A DNA stretch of 64,000 nt, taken from contig OY764157.1 of assembly GCA_963668265.1 (NCBI GenBank), forward strand, positions 2,568,528 through 2,632,527, in the 5' to 3' direction. Within the stretch, counting starts at the first letter, position 1. Every line of letters begins with the position of its first letter. The position numbers were made by a program, and so were the translations under genes. Below are positions 10,389-18,354 of the stretch, piece by piece. This DNA is from Aggregatilineales bacterium. GTDB taxonomy: Bacteria; Chloroflexota; Anaerolineae; Aggregatilineales; Phototrophicaceae. Under the pieces are notes generated by a model. The model searched no databases and had not been told where the DNA came from. It saw only the letters and a list, made by a program, of their open reading frames with translations.

Positions 10389-11939
10389 ATGACGACGACC
10401 GAAAGCGAAACCGGAATCCGCGAATACCTCGGCTATGACGAGCGCGGAAGCGGCGAAAAGCGCGCTCGCAAAGCCTATGACACCACCGATTATCACCCGA
10501 CGGGCGCGGACGACACCGGCGAGACCGAGCGCGACAGCCTCGGCCCCACCGACGATCCAGTGCGGATGTACCTGAAAGAAATCGGGCAGGTCCCGCTGCT
10601 GGACAGCAATCGGGAGATGTGGCTGAGCGCGCAGATCGCCGCCGAGCGCCACCTGGAGAGCCTGCGCGACGAACTGATGAGCCTGGACACGAGCGCTGCC
10701 AAACCCCGCGAGCCGGATTACCTTGATGTGGAGCGCTTCGCCTACAAGCGGCTGCGCGAAAACTGGGAAGCCTTGCAGCGCGCCGCCGAACGCAGAAATG
10801 TGGCGGCCCCCGATTTCTTCAAGACCGTGGCGGAAACGCAAGAGATCGTCAACGAATGGGACCGCGACGCCGAGTCCTATGTGCGCCAGTACCTCGGCCA
10901 GGGCAACTGGGGGCGCGACGAAGACTGGACCAAGCTGGCGCAGATCTTCTTTGAAGTCGTGCACGCGCTCTTCTTGTTCCCCTTTGAGTATCAGATGCAG
11001 ATGCAGCGTTACTTCCGGCGCGCGCGGGAGCTGCCGTCCCTGGCCGAATTCGACGGCTGGATCGAAGACACCATCGACCCCATCAGCCTGGCGAAACAGC
11101 AGCAGGAGCAGGTGGAGCAGCACGCCGCCAACGCCACCGAAGACTTGACCCGCGCCAACCTGCGCTTGGTGGTGAGCGTCGCCAAGCGCTACATGGGCCG
11201 GGGCATCAGCTTTCTCGATCTCATCCAGGAAGGCAATATCGGCCTGCTGCGGGCGGTCAACAAGTTCGACCATGTCAAGGGCTACAAGTTCAGCACTTAC
11301 GCCACTTGGTGGATCCGTCAAGCCATCAGCCGCGCCATCGCCGACCAAGCGCGCACCATCCGCATTCCCGTGCACATGGTGGAGACCATCAACCGCATGC
11401 TGCGGGTCCAGCGTGAATTGATCCAGCAGCTGGGCGCGGAGCCAATCACCGAACAGATCGCGCTGGAAATGGACATCCTCAGCGACAGCGACCGCGACAA
11501 GATCAAAGCCTTGAAATCGGCCGGCAAGAGCCTGGACCCCGCCTTGCAGCGAAACTTGCGCAAAGCGACGCAAAAGGTGCGCAAGATCATGCGCGTCAGC
11601 CAGGAGCCCATGAGCCTGGACATGCCTGTCGGGCAAGAAGAGACGGGCCAGCTGGGCGACTTCATCCCCGACGAGAATATGATCGCGCCGATCGACGCGG
11701 CCGGCAAGCAGCTGCTCAAAGAGCAGATTCGCTCGGCCTTGGGCGTGCTGAGCGAACGCGAGCGTCAAGTGCTGGAGTTGCGCTTTGGCTTGCTTGACGG
11801 CTGCGAGAGCACCCTGGAAGAAGTCGGCGCCTACTTTGGAGTCACCCGCGAGCGCATCCGCCAGATCGAAGCCAAGGCTTTGCGCAAATTGCGGCATCCG
11901 ACCCGCTCGCGTGAATTGCGCGAATACCTCGAAATGTAA
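10389..11939 (+). CDS. rpoD: primary RNA polymerase sigma-70 factor
   Basis: Region 2 [33 protein letters not shown]. Region 4 [15 protein letters not shown]...[30 protein letters not shown]. Confidence 0.92.
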   Translation: MTTTESETGIREYLGYDERGSGEKRARKAYDTTDYHPTGADDTGETERDSLGPTDDPVRMYLKEIGQVPLLDSNREMWLSAQIAAERHLESLRDELMSLDTSAAKPREPDYLDVERFAYKRLRENWEALQRAAERRNVAAPDFFKTVAETQEIVNEWDRDAESYVRQYLGQGNWGRDEDWTKLAQIFFEVVHALFLFPFEYQMQMQRYFRRARELPSLAEFDGWIEDTIDPISLAKQQQEQVEQHAANATEDLTRANLRLVVSVAKRYMGRGISFLDLIQEGNIGLLRAVNKFDHVKGYKFSTYATWWIRQAISRAIADQARTIRIPVHMVETINRMLRVQRELIQQLGAEPITEQIALEMDILSDSDRDKIKALKSAGKSLDPALQRNLRKATQKVRKIMRVSQEPMSLDMPVGQEETGQLGDFIPDENMIAPIDAAGKQLLKEQIRSALGVLSERERQVLELRFGLLDGCESTLEEVGAYFGVTRERIRQIEAKALRKLRHPTRSRELREYLEM

Positions 11940-11967
11940 CTCCTGCCAGCCGCCGGGCGATGCGCCG

Positions 11968-12648
11968 ATGACAGCCAGCCTCCTGCACTCGTGGGATCTC
12001 AGCCCCAAAGCGGCGGCCGACCTGCAGCGAGAGCTGGCCGCGCGCCTGGTCAGCGATTCTCCGCTGGCGCTGGACGAAATCGAGACGGTGGCCGGCGTCG
12101 ATGTCAGCGTGAATCGAGGCTGGTCGCGGGCGGCGGTGGTCGTCATGCGGCTGCCGCAATTGGAGATCGTCGAGACTGCGCTGGCGGCTGAAGCGACGCG
12201 CTTCCCTTATGTGCCGGGTCTGCTGGCTTTCCGCGAGGGGCCCGTGGCCCTGGCTGCCATAGCCAAGCTGCGCAGGCGGCCCGACGTCTTCTTGTTTGAC
12301 GGCATGGGGCAGATTCACCCGCGCAAGCTGGGCATCGCCGCGCACCTCGGTCTGTGGCTGGGGCGGCCGACCGTCGGCTGCGGCAAGCGGCATTACATCG
12401 GCGAATATGCGGAACCGGGGCTGGCCAGAGGCGGGCGCAGCGACCTGCGGTATCGCGGCGAACGGCTGGGCGTCGTGCTGCGGACGCGGACCCGCGTCAA
12501 GCCGGTTTATGTCTCGGTCGGGCATTTGGCGGAGCTTGAGAGCGCCGTCGCGCTGGTCCTGGCTTGCGCGCCCAAGTATCGCCTGCCCGCGCCAATCCGC
12601 GCCGCCCATCAAGCCGCCAAGCTGGAATTCGACGCCGGACCAGCCTGA
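11968..12648 (+). CDS. nfi: endonuclease V
   Basis: GVDVS, FPYVPGLLAFREGP and DGMGQIHPRKLGIAAHLG motifs. ATG 11968 is the first start after the rpoD stop. The ORF-track start at 11785 lies inside rpoD. Confidence 0.85.
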   Translation: MTASLLHSWDLSPKAAADLQRELAARLVSDSPLALDEIETVAGVDVSVNRGWSRAAVVVMRLPQLEIVETALAAEATRFPYVPGLLAFREGPVALAAIAKLRRRPDVFLFDGMGQIHPRKLGIAAHLGLWLGRPTVGCGKRHYIGEYAEPGLARGGRSDLRYRGERLGVVLRTRTRVKPVYVSVGHLAELESAVALVLACAPKYRLPAPIRAAHQAAKLEFDAGPA

Positions 12649-12658
12649 GGGCTTGCGC

Positions 12659-13798
12659 TCAGCGCTCCAGCATCTCGCGATACAAAGCCAGCGTTTCGCT
12701 CACGACCCGCTCCAGGCTGAATTCCTCGACCGCAATGGCGCGTCCCCTGGCGCCCATGGCCCGCCGGAGCTCGGGATTCTCGATCAATCTGCGCAGGGCG
12801 TGGCACAAGGCGTCGACATCTCCCGGCGGCGCCAGCAAGCCATTGAGGCCGTGCCGGACGATTTCACGGCAGCCGGGGCTGTCGCTGGCGACGCAGGCGC
12901 GGGCGCAGGCAGCCGCTTCGATCAGGGTCTTGGGCAGGCCTTCGCCATAACTCGATGGCAGGCAGACGATGTGGCTGTCGGCGTAGACCCGGGGCATGTC
13001 GTCGCGCTTGCCCAGCCATTCAATCGCGCCCTCGGCTTGCCAGGCCAGGAGCTGCTCGCCCGGGACATTGAGCGGGCTGGTGGCTTCTTCGTAGCCAACG
13101 ACGCGGAAACGCGCCATCCCGCGCAATCGCCTGGCCGCCGCGACAAAATCGCCGATTCCCTTTTGCCACAGCAGCCGCCCCGCGAAGAGGACGACCGGGA
13201 GCGCATCGCTGTCTTCTGGCTCGGGATGGAAGACGGCCGCGTCGACGCCGGAGCCGCGAATCAAGACGGTCTTGCCCGCTTCCACCAAGCCATTTTCTAC
13301 AAAGTAGCGCTGGTCGTCGGGGTTCTGGAAAAGGACTCGCGTTCGCGCTCCAGCCAAGGCCAGCCGCAGGGCCGGTCGGCTCAATCTGGCGAGCAGCCGC
13401 GCCTTGCGCTCGTCGCTGACGAAGAGGTAGCCCCGTCCGCTCACCGCCTGGACGACGGGCTGCCGATGCCACAAGCGCGCCGCGATGCCGCCGTAGACGA
13501 CCGGCTTGAGGCTGACATGGTGCAGGATATCGGGCCTCAGAGAGCGGTAGAGCCGGCCCAGGGCGACCAGGGTCCGCAGCTCCGCCAGCGGGTTGAGGCC
13601 GTGCTGGCTGAGGGGCAGGGCATGGAAAGGAAAGCCCTCACGCTTGATCTGGCGAATGGACGCCGGGTCAATATCGGCCGTCGCCACATGCGCCTCGTAA
13701 CCAGCGTCGCGCGCCGCCAGCGCCAGCGGCAGCCGATGCGAGACGAAGAAACGCGGAATGTTCACCACATAGAGCAGGCGAGGCTTGGCGTGGCGCAA
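12659..13798 (-). CDS. glycosyltransferase family 4 (GT-B fold)
   Basis: N-terminal RLLYVVNIPRFFVSHRL and C-terminal GEGLPKTLIEAAACARACVAS...GLNGLL (E-x7-E region). Confidence 0.8.
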   Translation of the reverse strand: MRHAKPRLLYVVNIPRFFVSHRLPLALAARDAGYEAHVATADIDPASIRQIKREGFPFHALPLSQHGLNPLAELRTLVALGRLYRSLRPDILHHVSLKPVVYGGIAARLWHRQPVVQAVSGRGYLFVSDERKARLLARLSRPALRLALAGARTRVLFQNPDDQRYFVENGLVEAGKTVLIRGSGVDAAVFHPEPEDSDALPVVLFAGRLLWQKGIGDFVAAARRLRGMARFRVVGYEEATSPLNVPGEQLLAWQAEGAIEWLGKRDDMPRVYADSHIVCLPSSYGEGLPKTLIEAAACARACVASDSPGCREIVRHGLNGLLAPPGDVDALCHALRRLIENPELRRAMGARGRAIAVEEFSLERVVSETLALYREMLER

Positions 13799-13857
13799 GA
13801 GCGGTCCCTTTTGACAGCCGCGAGCCGGGTCAGGTCAATCGCGCGGGCGAGCGCCGC

Positions 13858-14373
13858 TCAGGGCAAGTCCCGCAGGTCCGACAGCAGGATTTCGCCGGTG
13901 TCGTCCACGCCGGCGATGCTCTCGCTGAGGGCTTCGACGGGCGCCAGCCGCGCAATCCGCAGGCCCGCCAGCACATACACCAAGACGCCCAGTGACGACA
14001 GCGCGAAGCTCGCCAGAATGCCAATCATCTGCAGCCGCCCAAAAAAGAGCAGGCCCTGCTCATCGCGGATATGCGTGCCGAAACCCAGGATATCGGCCAT
14101 GCCAGCCAAGCCGGCGAAGAGCATCCCGGTCAGGGCAAGGCGGGTGCCGATCTGCTGTGGCAGGGTCGCAGGCACATTGAGAAAGAATGTGAATTTCAGG
14201 TATGTCAAGGCGCCGAGGATGAGCAGGGCGTAACCGAGGAGCACCATGGCCACCTGCACCAGGCCGATGCCGGCGGTCGGCTCCGCGCCGGTTACGCCGG
14301 GGAACAGCCCCATGAAACAGATCATCGCGCCCAATGCGCCCAAGGCGATGCCCACTTGCGCGAATCGCCACAT
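13858..14373 (-). CDS. hypothetical integral membrane protein (about 4-5 TM)
   Basis: 171-aa ORF made almost entirely of hydrophobic helices. 6-nt gap from the upstream dipeptidase-like gene. No family recognised. Confidence 0.5.
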   Translation of the reverse strand: MWRFAQVGIALGALGAMICFMGLFPGVTGAEPTAGIGLVQVAMVLLGYALLILGALTYLKFTFFLNVPATLPQQIGTRLALTGMLFAGLAGMADILGFGTHIRDEQGLLFFGRLQMIGILASFALSSLGVLVYVLAGLRIARLAPVEALSESIAGVDDTGEILLSDLRDLP

Positions 14374-14379
14374 CGTTCT

Positions 14380-15447
14380 TCAGTCCTCCGGCAGAGTCTG
14401 CCGCAATTTGCGGAGGAAATTGCCAGCCAGGATCGCCGCCGCGTCGGCCTCGGCGAAACCCTGCTCCAGCAGGGCCTTGCGCAGCCGCCACAAATCGCAG
14501 GATGCGTCGATTTCAACGGGCAGCGCCCGATACGGGTAGCCGCCGTCGATATTGCTGCCCAAGCCGACATGCGCCGCCGAGCCGGTCAGCTGGCAGACAT
14601 AATCGACCGCTTCCGCCCAATGCCCGACCGTGACGCGCCGCTTGGGGTCTCCCGGATGCCAGTCCGGCCGCAAGCAGGCATTATACACCATCAAGCCCAG
14701 CGTTCCGTCTCTTTCGGCGAGCCGCCGGACAAGCGAGTCGGAGAGGCCACGCGCGCCCGCGGAAAAGCGGCTCAGGCAGGCGTGGCTGGCCAAGACTTCG
14801 CCTTCATAACGCTCGAGAGCGCTTTCCGCTGCCCGCGCTGGCATGCCCGCGATATCCAGCAGCAAGCCATGGTCCGCCATTGCCTCCAGCAACTCGTAGC
14901 CGAGGGCGGTCAAATCGCCATCGTCGGGGGCGGCGGCGCAGTAACGCGTACCGCCCCAGGCCGGCGCCACGACGCGTAGGCCCAGCTCCACCCATTCTTC
15001 CAGTTCTTTCGGCTCGCGGACGGGCTCGGCGCCCTTGAGCGCGATGACGATGCCTTGCAGGCGCCCGCCGATATCGTCCGGATCTTCCCAGCTTTGGAGC
15101 ACTGCCTCCAGATCGCCTTGATTCAGGACGAGCCGCGCCCGTTCCTGCTCGTCGGCCAGCCGCCTGTAATAATCCAGCTGCCACATCGCCAGCTGCCGCG
15201 CGTCCGCTTGCGTACGATAACTGTAGCGCTGCCAGCTCTGGAGCGCCGGCGACGACTCGGCGATGACGGCGACGCCGCCAAAGACCAGCCCGACGCGCCC
15301 CAGCAGATTGTCATACAGGCTGGCGGCGGCGGGCGGCAAGCGCGGGTCGGCTTCGTCGGCGCGTTGATGCCAGGCCCAGCGCGTGTAATCGCGGTTCAGC
15401 TGCTGCGCGTTAAAGGCGATGTTCTGCTGTGCGTCGACGATGAGCAT
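14380..15447 (-). CDS. M19 (renal/membrane dipeptidase) family protein with substituted metal ligands
   Basis: C-terminal HVGLGSNIDGGYPY...ILAGNFLRKL and central LASHACL...GLMVYN align by eye to the M19 family. The N-terminal motif reads IVDAQQNI instead of DGHND. Confidence 0.65.
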   Translation of the reverse strand: MLIVDAQQNIAFNAQQLNRDYTRWAWHQRADEADPRLPPAAASLYDNLLGRVGLVFGGVAVIAESSPALQSWQRYSYRTQADARQLAMWQLDYYRRLADEQERARLVLNQGDLEAVLQSWEDPDDIGGRLQGIVIALKGAEPVREPKELEEWVELGLRVVAPAWGGTRYCAAAPDDGDLTALGYELLEAMADHGLLLDIAGMPARAAESALERYEGEVLASHACLSRFSAGARGLSDSLVRRLAERDGTLGLMVYNACLRPDWHPGDPKRRVTVGHWAEAVDYVCQLTGSAAHVGLGSNIDGGYPYRALPVEIDASCDLWRLRKALLEQGFAEADAAAILAGNFLRKLRQTLPED

Positions 15448-15553
15448 GGCTGGCTGCCATTCACGAGTTTGCGCGCTTCTCTTTTACGCAATCATACACG
15501 AAGTTCGCCCTTCGGTGGCGCCGGCTGCCCAGCCATGCCCGGCCGCGCTGCCC

Positions 15554-15564
15554 TGTGCTATCCT
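15554..15564 (+). promoter_or_regulatory. extended -10-like element TGTGCTATCCT upstream of the ABC-F gene
   Basis: TGn-TATCCT 34 nt before ATG 15598. The same TGTGCTA heptamer recurs upstream of nuoA and nuoJ. Confidence 0.3.
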
Positions 15565-15597
15565 CGGCTGCAATTTCGGTTCGGAGACAAGCCCGCG

Positions 15598-17250
15598 ATG
15601 CAAGTCCTGCGCGTCGACAAGATCAGCGTCAGTTTCGCCGGCCTTCAGGTCTTTGGCCAGCTGTCTTGGTCGATCAACGCTGGTGATCGGATCGCCTTGA
15701 TCGGACCGAACGGCGCGGGCAAATCGACCTTGCTCTTGACGATGCTGGGCGAAATCGAGCCAGACAGCGGCAAGGTTTTCACCGCGAAGGGGGCGCGTGT
15801 CGGGCATTTGCCGCAGGACATCTCCCTGCCGCCGGATGCGACCCTGCTGCGAACGGCTCTGGTCAAGTCGCGCGAATTGGCGGCGGCGGAAAACCGGCTG
15901 AACGAGATTGAGGCGCGCTTGGCCGACCCGGCCGTATACGGCGACGCGGACGAATTGGCGCGGGCGCTCGCCGACCACGAGGCGCAGCTTGCCCGGTATC
16001 GCAGCATGAACGGCCACCGCTACGAGAGTCGCGCGCGCGAGCTGCTTTCCATGCTCGGTTTCAGCGCGGCTGATCACGGCAGGCGCAACGCCACGCTCTC
16101 GGGCGGCGAGAAGAAGCTGGTGGCCTTGGCGCGTCTGGCGGCGGCGGCGCCGGATCTTCTCTTGCTGGACGAGCCGGACAACCATCTAGATTTGGCGGGC
16201 AAGCGGCGTTTGGAGCGCTTCATCCGCGGCTACCGAGGCGCCGTCGTCATCATCTCCCACGACCGCTATCTGCTCGACAGGGCAGCCAGCCGGACGGCCG
16301 AGCTTGAGGGCGGGCGGCTCACGATTTATCACGGCAATTATTCGCATTACGTCAACGAGCGCGCTCTGCGGCGGCTGCGACAGCGGCAGCAATTTGTGAC
16401 ACAGCAAAAGGAAATCGCCCGCATTGAAGCGATGATCGAGCGATTCGAGCGCTGGGCGAAGCAAGTCTTGAGCCGCAAATACATGCTGGCGGCACGGCAA
16501 AGACGGCGCATGCTGGACAAAATGGAAGAGCGCGGCGAAATCATCGAGCGGGTCGCCGATCAGCGGGTGATGGACTTTAAAGTGGCGGGCTGGCGCGGCA
16601 GCAAGAAACTGCTGGAGCTGAAAAATGTGTCGCTGGCATTTGACGACGAGCCGCTCTTTCTCGATATCAGCCTGCTGCTGCGGCACGGCGAGCGCGTCGG
16701 CTTGATTGGCCCCAACGGCGCCGGCAAGACAGCCCTGCTGCGGCTGATTATGGGCGAGCTGGCGCCCCTGGATGGCGAAATCATCGTGGGTCCAAGCGCG
16801 CGGATTGGCTTCTATTCGCAAGAGCACCAGACCCTGGAAGCCTGGCTCGACTGGACGCCGCTGGAGCTCATCGGCCGGGAGCGCAACAGCAGCGAAGCCG
16901 ACGCGGTGAGTTTCCTCCTGCGCATGGCTTTCAGCTACGACGCGGCGCGGCAGAAGATCCGCACTCTTTCGGGCGGCGAGCGCAGCCGGCTGCAATTGGC
17001 GCTGGTGATGCTGCGCCAGCCCAACCTGCTCATCCTGGACGAGCCGACCAACAACCTGGACATCGCCTCGGTCGAAGCGCTAGAGAAGGCTCTGGACGAC
17101 TTTGACGGCGCCGCCCTCATCGTGTCGCATGACCGCTATTTTCTTGATCAAAGCGTCGACCGCCTGGCGGAGCTGCGCGATGGCGAACTGCGCGAGAGTC
17201 ACGGCGGTTACACGGCCTGGCTGCAGGCGACGGGCGCGCTCGAGGGTTAG
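15598..17250 (+). CDS. ABC-F family ATPase (two NBDs, no TM domain)
   Basis: NBD1 GPNGAGKSTLL / LSGGEKKLVAL / LLLLDEPDNHLD. NBD2 GPNGAGKTALL / LSGGERSRLQLA / LLILDEPTNNLD. The ORF-track extension back to 15055 is antisense to the dipeptidase-like gene. Confidence 0.85.
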   Translation: MQVLRVDKISVSFAGLQVFGQLSWSINAGDRIALIGPNGAGKSTLLLTMLGEIEPDSGKVFTAKGARVGHLPQDISLPPDATLLRTALVKSRELAAAENRLNEIEARLADPAVYGDADELARALADHEAQLARYRSMNGHRYESRARELLSMLGFSAADHGRRNATLSGGEKKLVALARLAAAAPDLLLLDEPDNHLDLAGKRRLERFIRGYRGAVVIISHDRYLLDRAASRTAELEGGRLTIYHGNYSHYVNERALRRLRQRQQFVTQQKEIARIEAMIERFERWAKQVLSRKYMLAARQRRRMLDKMEERGEIIERVADQRVMDFKVAGWRGSKKLLELKNVSLAFDDEPLFLDISLLLRHGERVGLIGPNGAGKTALLRLIMGELAPLDGEIIVGPSARIGFYSQEHQTLEAWLDWTPLELIGRERNSSEADAVSFLLRMAFSYDAARQKIRTLSGGERSRLQLALVMLRQPNLLILDEPTNNLDIASVEALEKALDDFDGAALIVSHDRYFLDQSVDRLAELRDGELRESHGGYTAWLQATGALEG

Positions 17251-18053
17251 CGGCTGGCGCGGATTACGCCGCCAGGAATGACGAAACTAAAGTCGTCGTC
17301 CAGGATCGCCTCCGGCAATTGAAAAGCCCGCTTGAGATCTGCCGGCGCGCCCCGAAACAGGTCCTTGAGCATGCCTTGATTCCGTTGTGGCGTCGCCATC
17401 CGCCGCGTCCAGGCAGCGAAATGCAGGCGCAGCTTGAAACGCAGCAGCACCTCGCAGTTGAAGCCGGCCGCGGCCAGCATGCGCCGCCACTCCGACATGC
17501 GGAAATCGCGCACATGAGAGGGATCGCGCAGCAGCTCCAGAGTCTGCAAGAATGTGTCCTGGGCGTAATTTTCGCTGGCCATGATGTCGCTGAGGAGCAG
17601 GCTGCCGCCGGGTTTGAGCAAGCGCGCGAACTCCGCCAGGGCGCGCTCCGGCTGGCTCCAGTGGTGGGCGCTGTACCGCGTCGTGACGAGGTCGAAGCGG
17701 GCGGGCGCGAAGGGCAAGCGCTCCACATCGGCGAGCTGCGGCGCGACATTTGCGACGCCCCGTTCGCGGACCAGGACCGTCGTCTGATCCAGCATCGCTG
17801 TTGAAAAGTCGCAGGCGATGACCAGCCTGGCCTGCGGCGCGAATGCCAGCGCGGCGTGGCCCGCGCCACAGCCGGCGTCCAGGACGAGCGCGTCGGCCGG
17901 CAGCGCGTCCGCCTCCAGCATCCGCTCGAGGTCGGGTCCCGCGGCGTGCACGCGGCTGCTGCGATAATTCGCGGCGACATCGGCGAAACGCCTTTGCACA
18001 TGATCTTTCACATCTCGCGGAGTCGCCTCGCGCATAGTTGACCTTTCCGCCAT
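17247..18053 (-). CDS. class I SAM-dependent methyltransferase
   Basis: Motif I VLDAGCGAGHAALAFA, post-I VIACDFS, and LKPGGSLLLSD. Confidence 0.8.
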   Translation of the reverse strand: MAERSTMREATPRDVKDHVQRRFADVAANYRSSRVHAAGPDLERMLEADALPADALVLDAGCGAGHAALAFAPQARLVIACDFSTAMLDQTTVLVRERGVANVAPQLADVERLPFAPARFDLVTTRYSAHHWSQPERALAEFARLLKPGGSLLLSDIMASENYAQDTFLQTLELLRDPSHVRDFRMSEWRRMLAAAGFNCEVLLRFKLRLHFAAWTRRMATPQRNQGMLKDLFRGAPADLKRAFQLPEAILDDDFSFVIPGGVIRASR

Positions 18054-18071
18054 GTAAGACGAATCGCGCCC

Positions 18072-18099
18072 TTGTCAGGGGCTCCGGTTAGGTTATACT
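18072..18099 (+). promoter_or_regulatory. candidate sigma-70 promoter for rpoB (TTGTCA-N16-TATACT)
   Basis: Both hexamers match the consensus at 5 of 6 positions. Sits about 255 nt upstream of the rpoB TTG start. Confidence 0.3.
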
Positions 18100-18354
18100 G
18101 AAACTGTGCATCTTCAAATAACATTCCCGCCAGAGGTTTGTCTTGACAAGACCCTTGTGAGCGCTGTACGCTTGCCGTTTGCAGTTCTCGCGCCGTCACA
18201 ATGTATCGGATGCAGGAAAGCCGGTCAAAGGCCGCTTTTTCCAGGTTTGCGCGTCGCCAGCGGCGGGCAGCCCGGCAAAGGCTTCGTTGCGCCGCTTGCT
18301 TGTTGACGCCTTGTATATTCAGCCGAGTCCTCAAATCAGCCAAGGAGCCTCGCC

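Noticed and set aside
10308-14233. Long antisense ORFs 10308-12146 (-, opposite rpoD) and 12296-14233 (+, opposite the GT4 and membrane-protein genes)
   Set aside because: The opposite strands carry recognisable sigma-70, endonuclease V and glycosyltransferase motifs. The antisense translations have no motifs and a skewed composition.
17264-18001. 245-aa alternative-frame ORF on the same strand as the methyltransferase
   Set aside because: The 17247-18053 frame contains the SAM-binding motif VLDAGCGAGH. The alternative frame is Arg/Ser/Cys/Trp-rich with no motifs.
18008-18343. 111-aa minus-strand ORF in the rpoB leader
   Set aside because: It overlaps the methyltransferase 5' end. It has no SD and an atypical composition, so the region is better explained as a promoter and leader.
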